A stretch of 38,160 bases of DNA, taken from a virus (taxonomy: Duplodnaviria; Caudoviricetes). Below the pieces are notes generated by a model. The model had not been told where the DNA came from. It saw only the letters and a list, made by a program, of their open reading frames with translations, and searched no databases. The stretch lies in the IMG/VR virus record IMGVR_UViG_3300048577_000484, positions 1 through 38,160 of that record; one strand, 5' to 3'. Position 1 is the stretch's first letter. The number at the start of each line of letters is the position of its first letter. Shown here piece after piece: positions 1 to 8,471 of this stretch. Position numbers and translations under genes: made by a program.

Positions 1-762
1 TCACCGCAGTTCCCTCCCCAACCACACGGCTTTGCCAATGATCCGTATGCCATCTGCAAGATCGCCCCTCGCGTCAATCTCAAGCGGAACATACGCGGGG
101 TTGTAGCTCTTTAGGATGATCTTGCCAGGCAAGGTGTCCACCAACTTGATATATACCACATCCTCAACGCCTACAGCGAACATCCCCCCGGCCCTTGGCG
201 TGGTCTGGCTTTGGTCGAGAAGTACCACATCCCCGTGGTGGATCTCCGGCTCCATGCTGTCTCCATCCACCCGCATCAGAACCATTTGAGAGACTTGCCC
301 TTTACGGGTCAAGAAGTCCGACCGGAAGCCATAGCGCCGGTCTGTCTCGCCGCTGGTCGCAAAAGAACCCGTGCCCGCTGAAAGGCGGGCCTCCACCAGT
401 GGAACGTAGACCATGTCAACGTCACAGGGAGCCGCGGTGTCTGTCACCACGCGCGCGAGAGGAGTGTCGCAAGGGGATTCGCAAGAAAACTCTTTGGTGG
501 CGACTGCTCCGGCGAAGATCTCGCCCTTGCCCGCCAACAGCCAGTCGAGAGTGCAGCCAAGAGCCGCCGCAAGGGACACGGCCAACTCCCCCTTGGGGAA
601 TTGACCACCCTCATAGTTCTGGATCGTGGTGAGGCTGACACCAACTTTACTTGCTAACGCCTGCTGTCCAAGTCCCGTCAAATCGCGGCAAAAGCGCACC
701 CTCTCACCAAACGAACTTGGTATCCGAGTTTCATTTTGTTTCTCGGATGGGAACTCGGACAT
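1..762 (-). CDS. Phage repressor, XRE HTH plus S24 (LexA/CI-like) autopeptidase
   Basis: N-terminal HTH (QQALASKVGVSLTTIQNYEGG); SAG cleavage-like site, GDSM serine and YIK lysine; AGGAG RBS upstream on the minus strand. Confidence 0.93.
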   Translation of the reverse strand: MSEFPSEKQNETRIPSSFGERVRFCRDLTGLGQQALASKVGVSLTTIQNYEGGQFPKGELAVSLAAALGCTLDWLLAGKGEIFAGAVATKEFSCESPCDTPLARVVTDTAAPCDVDMVYVPLVEARLSAGTGSFATSGETDRRYGFRSDFLTRKGQVSQMVLMRVDGDSMEPEIHHGDVVLLDQSQTTPRAGGMFAVGVEDVVYIKLVDTLPGKIILKSYNPAYVPLEIDARGDLADGIRIIGKAVWLGRELR

Positions 763-835
763 ATCTTTGCTCCTGCCAGGCTCACGCCTCTTGGCTGCAA
801 TAATTCACTTTTTGCCCGCAGAGGGGTTGCAGACA

Positions 836-886
836 AAGAAAAGTTATCTCGGACGTAGTTTTCTTGTTGACCACAAAAAGAAAACT
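836..886. promoter_or_regulatory. Putative repressor operator array in the divergent control region
   Basis: AAGAAAAGT (836-844), AGTTTTCTT (857-865) and AAGAAAACT (878-886) alternate in orientation at an exact 21-bp period; TTGACC at 867-872. Confidence 0.6.
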
Positions 887-1019
887 TGGCAAAGACAAGT
901 TGTGCCTGTCATAAAAAGACTGTCACGACATGACACTAGCCCAGGCGCAAGCCACGGTCAACGTCCAGCGCATTTGGCAGATTGGACGTGGACCTTAAAA
1001 CCGAGTGGACGGCAAAGCG

Positions 1020-1448
1020 ATGCAAAAGCAATGTTCGCTTTTTATGGATGACCACGGAGCCCTCGCGGGGCTTATCCCGGCCATGCGCGCGGCCATGAAC
1101 CGTGCGGCAGGCGAGGACGAGTCCGGCCGCAAGCTGCTGGTGGATCGCATTAACGGTGTCGCCCAGGCCGCTGGCATTCGACTCACCACCGGGAACACCA
1201 AAGCCATCAGCAAAGACACCCTCGACAAATGGTTGAACCCAAACGACCGCGACCACACGCCGGGCATCCTGGCCGTGGCCGCATTCTGCGTGGCCACCAA
1301 AGACGCTGGCGCGCTGGGGGTGTTGCTGCGGGCCGTGGGGCTGGACCTGATGACGCCGGATGACAAGAAGCACCGTGACTACGGCCGGGCTTGCCTTGCT
1401 GAACGGGAAGCGCGTCGGCGCAAGAAGATTCTGGAAGGCGACATATGA
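1020..1448 (+). CDS. Hypothetical early regulatory protein (possibly CII-like)
   Basis: First gene of the rightward operon; start ATG 1020 or GTG 1005; helical segment TLDKWLNP; ATGA overlap with the next gene. Confidence 0.6.
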   Translation: MQKQCSLFMDDHGALAGLIPAMRAAMNRAAGEDESGRKLLVDRINGVAQAAGIRLTTGNTKAISKDTLDKWLNPNDRDHTPGILAVAAFCVATKDAGALGVLLRAVGLDLMTPDDKKHRDYGRACLAEREARRRKKILEGDI

Positions 1449-1681
1449 GCCATCGCGTTGGATGCGGGAAGTACCGCAAGTCCTGGAAAATCGTCGAGTG
1501 GCTGAAGGGACGAAAGATCGCCGTCGGCCGGATCGCGGAAGAGCTGGATGTCGATCAATCCCTGGTCTCCCACACCATTCATGGCAGCAAAAATAGCCGC
1601 GTGGTCCTGGCCCGGCTTGTGAAGTTGGGGTGTCCTAAGCGGATTCTCAGCCTGCCCCCCGACATGGAGAACGCCGCATGA
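1445..1681 (+). CDS. Ner/Cro-like small HTH DNA-binding protein
   Basis: 78 aa, IAEELDVDQSLVSHTIHG HTH, directly upstream of the transposase. Confidence 0.75.
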   Translation: MSHRVGCGKYRKSWKIVEWLKGRKIAVGRIAEELDVDQSLVSHTIHGSKNSRVVLARLVKLGCPKRILSLPPDMENAA

Positions 1682-3852
1682 TGCCCGCCACAAAGCCAGC
1701 GTATTCCAGCGCGGAACTGGCCCCACTCCTCGGCGTAGACCCCCGCAACGTGCGTGAGCGCGCCAAGCGTGAGTCCTGGGAATCGCGTCCGCGGTCCGGG
1801 CGTGGCGGCGGGAGTGAGTGGCTTGTGGTTTCCATGCCCGACGCAACCCGCCTTGCCTTGGCAAGCACCCTCACTTCCCACGAGGCCGCCGCGCTCAAGC
1901 TGCGCGAGGATCTGGCCGCCCGCGTCGAGGAAGCCACCCGGCAAAAGGCGCTCTCCGGCTTCGCCACCTTGGCTGAACCGCGCAAGCGCCGGGCCGAGGC
2001 GCGGGCGCTCATCGCCCGCATGTGCGACGAGTTCCTGGCCACCTCCGGTTTGCCGCGCCGCCGCGGCACGGAGCTTTTCGCCACGGACTACAACACCGGG
2101 CGCGTGGCCGTGCCGGACTGGACGCGTGAAACCGTGCCCAGCCTGTGCGCGGGCAGCATCCGCAACTGGCAGAAGGCGCTCGACCGCGAGGGCCTGGCCC
2201 GGTTGGCCGGGAACCACGGCCGCCACCGCCTGGGCACGGGCAAGATCGACGGCAACCCGCAGCTATCCGAGTTCTGCTTAGGCATGCTCAAGACCTACCC
2301 GCACACCCACGCCACGCATTTGCTGGAGGCCATGCGCGCGCGCTTTGGCGAGGGCTCGCTGCCTACCCTGCGGGCCGTCCAGCGTTGGCTTTCCGGCTGG
2401 AAGGCCAAGAATGGTCAGCTGTTCACCGCCGTGAAGAACCCGGACGCCTGGCGCAACAAGTACATGGCCGCAGGCGGAGACGCCTTGAAGGTGACGCGCC
2501 TGAACGAGCGCTGGGAAATGGACTCCACGCCCGGCGACGTGCTGCTTTCCGACGGCAAGCGCCACACCATCGTGGGCTGCATCGACGTGTTCAGCAGGCG
2601 TTTAATACTGCACGTCTCGCGCTCCAGTTCTTCAGCAGCCGTGGCCGCCACCATGCGCAAGGCCCTGCTCGCCTGGGGGGTGCCCGATGACGAGCTAAAA
2701 ACCGACAACGGCACAGACTATGTGTCCCGCCACATCACCCAGCTCTGCCTTGGCTTGGACATTCGGCACACGCTGTGCGCGCCGTTTAGCCCCTGGCAAA
2801 AGCCCTTCATTGAGCGAGCCCTCGGCACCTTCTCGCACGATTTACTGGAGCTGATGCACGGCTTCATCGGGCACAGCGTGGCCGAACGCAAGGACGTAGA
2901 AGCCCGGAGAAGCTTTGCCCAGCGCCTTTTGCGCCAGGGGGAGGAACCCCTTGAACTGCGCATGAGCCCGGAGGAGCTGCAAGAGTTCTGCGACCGTTGG
3001 GCCGAGGATGTGTACGCCCGCAAGCCGCATTCCGGTCTGGGCAACAAGAGCCCCTGGCAGGTGGCCGCGGAGTGGCCGCACCCGGTGCGCCGCATAGAGG
3101 ACGAACGCGCGCTCGACGTGCTGCTTTTGCCCGCCCCCGGTGGCGAGGGCCTGCGCCGCGTGACCAAGAAGGGCATCCGCCTGGACGGCGCATACTACGA
3201 CCATCCGCTGCTCGGCGGCCTGGAGGGCCAGGACGTGCTGGTGCGGCTCGACGAGGCGGACGTGGGCGCCATCTACGTGTTCGGCATGGACGGGCCGTTC
3301 GTGTGCCGGGCGCTCTGCCCGGAGATCGCGGGCGTTTCCCGCCGCGACGTGGCCATGGGCCGCAAGCGCCGCCAGCAGGCCGTCATGGCCGAAGGCAAGA
3401 AGATGCTGCGCGACGCCGCCCGCAAGGCGAACACCAAGGACATCGCCCAAGAGATCCTTTCCAGCCGCCGGACCGAGGCCGCCAGGGTGCAGGCCCTGCC
3501 GAGAGCTGGCGAGAGCTATGCCACCCCGGCCCTTGTGGAGGCTGGCCTGGCCGCCCGCGCCACCGACGCGCCCATGCCCCTGCCGCGTGAAGCCCAGGAA
3601 CGCCTCGACTCCCAGGTGGCCGCCCTGGCGATGGAGATGGAGCAGGCCAAGCCCGCGCCGGAACTGCCGGAAACGCGCTTTGCGCGCGCCCTGCACCTGG
3701 AGCGCATGGCCGAGGCTGGCCAGGAACTGGACATGGAGCTGGCCCGCTGGTTGCGCGGCTACCAGGGCACCCCGGAATACCGCGGATTCCGGGCGCTTTA
3801 TGAGGATTTTGGCGACACGTGGCTGCCGATTGCGGCGACCGCGGGCGCTTAG
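1678..3852 (+). CDS. Mu-like DDE transposase (MuA equivalent)
   Basis: N-terminal HTH; WEMDST, KTDNG and KPFIER catalytic D-D-E motifs; C-terminal Mu-transposase-like region. Confidence 0.95.
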   Translation: MMPATKPAYSSAELAPLLGVDPRNVRERAKRESWESRPRSGRGGGSEWLVVSMPDATRLALASTLTSHEAAALKLREDLAARVEEATRQKALSGFATLAEPRKRRAEARALIARMCDEFLATSGLPRRRGTELFATDYNTGRVAVPDWTRETVPSLCAGSIRNWQKALDREGLARLAGNHGRHRLGTGKIDGNPQLSEFCLGMLKTYPHTHATHLLEAMRARFGEGSLPTLRAVQRWLSGWKAKNGQLFTAVKNPDAWRNKYMAAGGDALKVTRLNERWEMDSTPGDVLLSDGKRHTIVGCIDVFSRRLILHVSRSSSSAAVAATMRKALLAWGVPDDELKTDNGTDYVSRHITQLCLGLDIRHTLCAPFSPWQKPFIERALGTFSHDLLELMHGFIGHSVAERKDVEARRSFAQRLLRQGEEPLELRMSPEELQEFCDRWAEDVYARKPHSGLGNKSPWQVAAEWPHPVRRIEDERALDVLLLPAPGGEGLRRVTKKGIRLDGAYYDHPLLGGLEGQDVLVRLDEADVGAIYVFGMDGPFVCRALCPEIAGVSRRDVAMGRKRRQQAVMAEGKKMLRDAARKANTKDIAQEILSSRRTEAARVQALPRAGESYATPALVEAGLAARATDAPMPLPREAQERLDSQVAALAMEMEQAKPAPELPETRFARALHLERMAEAGQELDMELARWLRGYQGTPEYRGFRALYEDFGDTWLPIAATAGA

Positions 3853-3926
3853 AAAAGGCGCGGCCCCGCAGGCGTGAGCGCGCCAGCGGGGCCTTGAAAC
3901 GGACCAGAACAACAACGGAGGGAATC

Positions 3927-4682
3927 ATGACGAAAGGAAACGGGCAAGTCAATGCGGCCCCAACGCCCGGCACCATTGCACCCCTGTACAACGTGGCCCT
4001 GTTCAGCGCCCTTGTGGAGCGCGTGATGAACCGGCCCCTCGGGTTGCCGGGCATGGCCACCTTCCACGGCCCCAGCGGCCTGGGCAAGAGCTGCTGCGCC
4101 ATTTACGCGGCGAACAAGCACCGCGCCTACTACGTGCAGGTGCGCAGCGTGTGGACGCGCAAGCACATGCTGGTCAGCATCCTGGCCGAAATGGGCATCC
4201 GCCCGGCGGGCACCATTCCCGAAATGATGGACCAGGTGGGCCAGCAGCTTTCGCTTTCCTCCCGCCCGCTCATCATCGACGAAGCCGACTACCTGCTGGC
4301 CAAGGGCATGATCGAGGTGGTGCGCGACATCTACGAATCCAGCCAGGCCGCCATTATCCTCATCGGCGAGGAAGGCTTGCCGCAGTCGCTCACCCGGTAC
4401 GAGCGGGTGCACGGGCGCATGCTCGACTGGCAGGCCGCCCAGCCCGCCAGCGAGAACGACGCCCGTGTGCTGTCCAGGCTCTACTGCCCCACAGCCCAGG
4501 TGGGCGAGGATCTGCTGGCCCGCCTGCTGGAGGCCAGCGCGGGCTCCGTGCGCCGGATCTGCGTGAACCTGGACCGCGTGCGCGAGTTCGCGGCCGCCCG
4601 CAACCTGCACCAGGTGAGCCTTGCGGACTACCAGGGCGAGATCTTCACCGGCAGCCCGGCGGGCGCGCGGAGGGTTGCATGA
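3927..4682 (+). CDS. Transposition AAA+ ATPase (MuB-like)
   Basis: Walker A GPSGLGKS, Walker B LIIDEAD; GGAGG RBS before ATG 3927. Confidence 0.93.
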   Translation: MTKGNGQVNAAPTPGTIAPLYNVALFSALVERVMNRPLGLPGMATFHGPSGLGKSCCAIYAANKHRAYYVQVRSVWTRKHMLVSILAEMGIRPAGTIPEMMDQVGQQLSLSSRPLIIDEADYLLAKGMIEVVRDIYESSQAAIILIGEEGLPQSLTRYERVHGRMLDWQAAQPASENDARVLSRLYCPTAQVGEDLLARLLEASAGSVRRICVNLDRVREFAAARNLHQVSLADYQGEIFTGSPAGARRVA

Positions 4683-5266
4683 GCCGCAAGACGACAATTG
4701 AACTTGCGTCCTCTGGCCGCCCCTACGGCAGGCAGGCCATGTGGGAGGCCATGCGCAAACAGCGCCGCTTCACCCGCGCGGACCTCGACCACCTGAACGT
4801 CGAGCGCGACACGGTGCGGAGCTATCTCCGCTCGCTGGTGAAGGCCGGGTACGTGGTTGTGGCCGTCCAGCAGGGCCACCATTCACCCGCCGTGTACGAA
4901 CTGACCAACGACGTGGGGCTGGAGGCTCCGCGGCTGCGCCGCGACGGAAGCCCCGTGGAGCAGGGCCAGGTCCGCGAGCACATGTGGCGCACCATGAAGA
5001 TGCTGCCCAGCTTCACTTTCTTGGATGTCGCCGTGACCGCCAGCACCGAGGAGGTGCGCGTCACCGAACAGGACGCCAAGGACTACGTGAAGCACCTGGT
5101 GCGCGCCAAGTACCTGGCCGTGCTGAAGCCCGCCACCAAGAGGAACAAGGCGGTCTACCGGCTGGCCCGCAACACCGGCCCCAAGCCGCCCATGGTGACG
5201 CGCGCCAAGATCGTGTTTGACCCCAACCTGGGCAAGGTCGCCTGGATCGAGGAGGTGGACGCGTGA
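4679..5266 (+). CDS. Hypothetical protein, probable tandem winged-helix DNA-binding protein
   Basis: ATGA overlap; two repeated units (MWEAMRKQRRFT..YLRSLVKAGYV and MWRTMKMLPSFT..YVKHLVRAKYL). Confidence 0.7.
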   Translation: MSRKTTIELASSGRPYGRQAMWEAMRKQRRFTRADLDHLNVERDTVRSYLRSLVKAGYVVVAVQQGHHSPAVYELTNDVGLEAPRLRRDGSPVEQGQVREHMWRTMKMLPSFTFLDVAVTASTEEVRVTEQDAKDYVKHLVRAKYLAVLKPATKRNKAVYRLARNTGPKPPMVTRAKIVFDPNLGKVAWIEEVDA

Positions 5267-5661
5267 GCCCGAGCGCCAAGATCAAGGCCGTGGATACAGC
5301 CCGCGCCGCGTGGGCGGAGCTTGGCGGCTGCCCGGATTGGATAGCCACCCTGGCGGAGGAGTGCGACCGCACCAGCCAGCGGGCGGTCGGCCTGCGCATC
5401 GGCTACAGCGCGGGCGCTGTAAACCAGGTGCTGGCGAACAAGTACAAGGCCCCCACAACCAACATCGAGCAGGCCGTGCGCGGGGCCTACCTCGCCGCCG
5501 TGGTCACCTGCCCGGTGTTGGGCGAACTGGCGGCCGACCGCTGCCTGGAGCACCAGAAGCAGCCGTGGGCCTCAAGCCCCATGCGGCTGCGCCTGTTCAA
5601 GGCCTGCCGGGCTGGCTGCCCGCATAGCCGCATCAACACCGCAACCAAGGAGGCCTCATGA
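5263..5661 (+). CDS. Hypothetical HTH protein with Cys-rich C-terminus
   Basis: SQRAVGLRIGYSAGAVNQVL HTH-like; CPVLG..C..C..C; coupled to neighbours. Confidence 0.7.
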   Translation: MSPSAKIKAVDTARAAWAELGGCPDWIATLAEECDRTSQRAVGLRIGYSAGAVNQVLANKYKAPTTNIEQAVRGAYLAAVVTCPVLGELAADRCLEHQKQPWASSPMRLRLFKACRAGCPHSRINTATKEAS

Positions 5662-5846
5662 TCGCCGAAAAGATCGACTCCGTGACCAAGACCCTGCGCG
5701 GCCTGGGTGGCCAGGTCCGCCCCGAAGTGTTCGAGCTGCTGCGCAATGCCTGTGCCGAACTGAAGGACGCCGCGACCAGCGCGCGCCACCTGGAGGCTGC
5801 GCACCTGCCCATCACCGAACCCGTGGCCGTAGCCGCGAATCAGTAA
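5658..5846 (+). CDS. Small hypothetical protein
   Basis: AAGGAGG RBS, ATGA overlap. Confidence 0.7.
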   Translation: MIAEKIDSVTKTLRGLGGQVRPEVFELLRNACAELKDAATSARHLEAAHLPITEPVAVAANQ

Positions 5847-5857
5847 GGAGAATCGCC

Positions 5858-6475
5858 ATGCTTGAAGGATACATGGAGAACGCCAAGGGGCACCAGGTGC
5901 CCAACGACCAGGTGGCCGAAATCGACAAGGAGCGGGACGCCCTGGTCTTGGAGAAGGTCGAAAAGGTCAAGGCCATGAATGTGGCCCTGGCCGCCCTCAA
6001 GGACGAGCTCATGGCCGACGTGGGGGCGTTCGTGGAGCTCTCTGCCGAGCGCTATGGCGCGAAGGTCGGCGGCGGCAAGGGCAACGTGACCCTGCTGTCC
6101 TTTGACGGCCGGTACAAGATTGTGCGCCAAATGGCGGAGGCCATCACCTTCGACGAACGCCTGCAGGCCGCAAAGGCGTTGATCGACGAATGCCTGCACG
6201 ACTGGACCAAGGACGCCCGCAGCGAGATCCAGGCCATCATCGACAACGCCTTCCAGGTGGACAAGGCCGGCAACATCTCGACTTCGCGCGTGCTGGGCCT
6301 GCGCCGGCTCAGCATCACCGACGCCCGCTGGGTGAGGGCCATGCAGGCCATCGGCGACAGCATCCAGATCGTCGACACCAAGTCCTACGTGCGGATCTAC
6401 GAGCGCCAGGCCGACGGCTCCTACACGGCCATTCCGCTGGATATCGCGGCGGTCAAGGCGGTGCGGCATGCCTAA
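5858..6475 (+). CDS. DUF3164-like Mu early protein
   Basis: GGKGNVTLLSFDGRYK, FDERLQAAKALIDEC and KSYVRIYER motifs; AAGGAG RBS. Confidence 0.85.
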   Translation: MLEGYMENAKGHQVPNDQVAEIDKERDALVLEKVEKVKAMNVALAALKDELMADVGAFVELSAERYGAKVGGGKGNVTLLSFDGRYKIVRQMAEAITFDERLQAAKALIDECLHDWTKDARSEIQAIIDNAFQVDKAGNISTSRVLGLRRLSITDARWVRAMQAIGDSIQIVDTKSYVRIYERQADGSYTAIPLDIAAVKAVRHA

Positions 6476-6965
6476 GCAGCTCCGCGAAATCACCCCCGAG
6501 CGCCAGGCCGCCTTCGACGCCGCCATGGGCCGCATCAAAGAGGTCACCGGAGCCAGCACGCAGGTGCAGTTGGCCGAGGTGCTGGAGGTCCGACAGTCGA
6601 GCATCAGCGATGCCAAGCGCCGGGCGAGCATCCCTTCCGATTGGCTGCTCAAGCTCCAGCGCTCGCACAAGATCTTCGCCGACTGGTTCCTCACCGGCGA
6701 AGGCCCGCGCGAGGTCACCGGGGCCGCGTCGACGCGCCTGGCCGAGCTGACCGAGGAGCTGCACCGGGTGATGCGCGAGACCGAGGCCCTGGCGGACATC
6801 ATCCGCAACGCCCTGGTGCACGCGCGCACCACGCTCGATGACCTGATCGGCCTCAAGAGCACCAGCCGCGACATGCTGGCGCAGGCGCAGAAGCGCATCA
6901 AGACCCTGGGAGGCCAGCTGCGCGACATGGACGCGGAATTGGCCGCCTCGGCCGTCACCCTCTAA
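6468..6965 (+). CDS. CI-like (phage 186-type) HTH protein with C-terminal coiled coil
   Basis: TQVQLAEVLEVRQSSISDAKRRASIP..DWFLTGEG resembles a repressor N-domain; no peptidase domain. Confidence 0.75.
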   Translation: MPKQLREITPERQAAFDAAMGRIKEVTGASTQVQLAEVLEVRQSSISDAKRRASIPSDWLLKLQRSHKIFADWFLTGEGPREVTGAASTRLAELTEELHRVMRETEALADIIRNALVHARTTLDDLIGLKSTSRDMLAQAQKRIKTLGGQLRDMDAELAASAVTL

Positions 6966-6983
6966 CCCCAAGGAGCAAGGACC

Positions 6984-7256
6984 ATGACCAAGAAAGACCT
7001 CATCACCAAGATCGCCGCGGACACCGGCAGCACAAAGGCCGACGTCGAGAAGATTCTGGACAGCCTGGGCGGCGTGGCCGCTGCCGAGCTGCTGGGCAAT
7101 GGCGAAGTGCCGCTGCCGGGCCTGGGCAAGCTGAAGGCGCACAACAGCAAAGCCCGCAAGGGGCGCAACCCCAAGACCGGCGAGGCCATCGACATTCCGG
7201 CCAAGACCACCGTCAAGTTCTCCACCGGAAAGGAGCTGAAGGAGGCCTTGAAGTAA
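6984..7256 (+). CDS. hup: HU family histone-like DNA-binding protein
   Basis: MTKKDLITKIA start, ARKGRNPKTGEAIDIPA arm, 90 aa. Confidence 0.95.
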   Translation: MTKKDLITKIAADTGSTKADVEKILDSLGGVAAAELLGNGEVPLPGLGKLKAHNSKARKGRNPKTGEAIDIPAKTTVKFSTGKELKEALK

Positions 7257-7257
7257 C

Positions 7258-7317
7258 GCGAAACCGCCCTGCGGGGCGGTCGTCCCGGCGTGGTTGCCGG
7301 GGCCTGATGAGCAGCCA
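7258..7317 (+). ncRNA. Type II hammerhead ribozyme with pseudoknot
   Basis: GAAA 7260-7263; stem III 7263-7269/7274-7280; GTC cleavage triplet 7279-7281; stem I 7282-7289/7296-7303; CTGATGA 7304-7310; 2-bp stem II 7258-7259/7311-7312; loop TGGTT 7291-7295 pairs with AGCCA 7313-7317. Confidence 0.9.
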
Positions 7318-7333
7318 GGAGGAGGGGGAAACC

Positions 7334-7534
7334 GTGAGAAAATACAGTGTAAACGACAGGGTGTTCTCCAAACGCCATCGCAGTGGTGAGATTCGCGTTG
7401 ACGTGGCCGGAAGCAAGGTGCTCCTCGGCCGCGTGATCAAGAAGGACGGCACCCCCGGCAGAGATGTGATTGTCCCAGTAGAGGATGTCACCCATAACTG
7501 GCCGTTTCTTCCTGGATGTGAGGTAGTTCGGTGA
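7334..7534 (+). CDS. Small hypothetical protein
   Basis: GTG 7334 preceded by AGGAGGAGG; the ATG at 7307 lies inside the ribozyme core and is probably not the start. Confidence 0.6.
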   Translation: MRKYSVNDRVFSKRHRSGEIRVDVAGSKVLLGRVIKKDGTPGRDVIVPVEDVTHNWPFLPGCEVVR

Positions 7535-7761
7535 CTCTTCCCCGCTTCGTTCCTGGCCACGGCCGCGCAGGCAGCATTTGCCTCCGCGACACGCTGCGCG
7601 GAAACCGCATCGTCTGCTTTTTCGACCGGGATTGGCAGACCTACGGGTACCGGAACAAGCGGGCGGACGAAGCGGCCTTGCTCATGGCCGAGACCTGCGC
7701 CGAGGCTTTGAACCGCAAGTACGAGGAAGCCCTGCAAGCCAAACAGGAGGCCGCCCAATGA
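7531..7761 (+). CDS. Small hypothetical protein (probable paralogue of the next gene)
   Basis: GAGGT RBS, GTGA overlap. Confidence 0.65.
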   Translation: MTLPRFVPGHGRAGSICLRDTLRGNRIVCFFDRDWQTYGYRNKRADEAALLMAETCAEALNRKYEEALQAKQEAAQ

Positions 7762-7985
7762 GCCCGAAGCCCCGTTATGAGGTGGCCCGCGCAAGCCTTG
7801 GATCGCCCATTGTTCGCGACACCAAGGATTGCCGTGCCGTCGCGGTGTTCCTGCGCGATCCGGACGCCGCCAAAGAGACCGCCGACGCCGCGGCCATGCG
7901 CCAGGCCGGTATCTGCGCCCAGGCGTTCAACCGCGTGAATGAGGAACTCCAGTGGGCCAAGCAGCATAGGGAGGGGGGCAAGTAG
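7758..7985 (+). CDS. Small hypothetical protein (probable paralogue of the previous gene)
   Basis: AGGAGG RBS, ATG 7758 overlapping the previous stop. Confidence 0.65.
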   Translation: MSPKPRYEVARASLGSPIVRDTKDCRAVAVFLRDPDAAKETADAAAMRQAGICAQAFNRVNEELQWAKQHREGGK

Positions 7986-8000
7986 TCTTGCCCTGAAAAC

Positions 8001-8471
8001 ATGGCAGAACGTAGGCAAAAAGCAGGGTCCATTTTGCTCCGAATTGGGAGCAAAGACCGCAAGGGGCGCGTCCTCGAAATCTATTCCGCCGAGCTTTGGC
8101 CGGAGCAGCGCGAGGCCGACACCGGCCTGTACCGCGTGCGCATCGACGACCGCTGGGTAGCCGTTGGCGGCCAGCGGTACACCTTTTTCACGCCCGAAGC
8201 GCTCGGCCAGCTGATCGCCCAGGAACTGACAGCGCCTGGTGCGCTGGCGGCGCTGCAGCGCCCCACACCGGCTATGCGCAAGGGCGACTGGGTACGCTGG
8301 TACGGCCCGAAGTACGGCGCGCATCAGTTCCGCCTTTCGAGTGATCCCGTTTTGTGGCTCGACGGCCAGTGGCGCGTACTCATCAACGATCTGCGGCTCG
8401 GACGGCAGCTGGTCTGCTGCGACGAACTGGTGCCTTTGGACCGCTTTGGACGGGAGGTTCCCAATGCGTGA
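8001..8471 (+). CDS. Hypothetical protein
   Basis: 156-aa ORF in the operon direction, overlapping the next gene. Confidence 0.65.
   Translation: MAERRQKAGSILLRIGSKDRKGRVLEIYSAELWPEQREADTGLYRVRIDDRWVAVGGQRYTFFTPEALGQLIAQELTAPGALAALQRPTPAMRKGDWVRWYGPKYGAHQFRLSSDPVLWLDGQWRVLINDLRLGRQLVCCDELVPLDRFGREVPNA

Noticed and set aside
930-998. 22-codon ORF in the early leader
   Set aside because: Too short and no clear RBS; cannot be supported
7263-7303. Hairpins after the HU gene as an intrinsic terminator
   Set aside because: No U tract, and the hammerhead fold explains every segment
7307-7333. ATG 7307 as start of the 75-aa ORF
   Set aside because: It lies in the ribozyme CTGATGA core and has no RBS; GTG 7334 has a strong RBS
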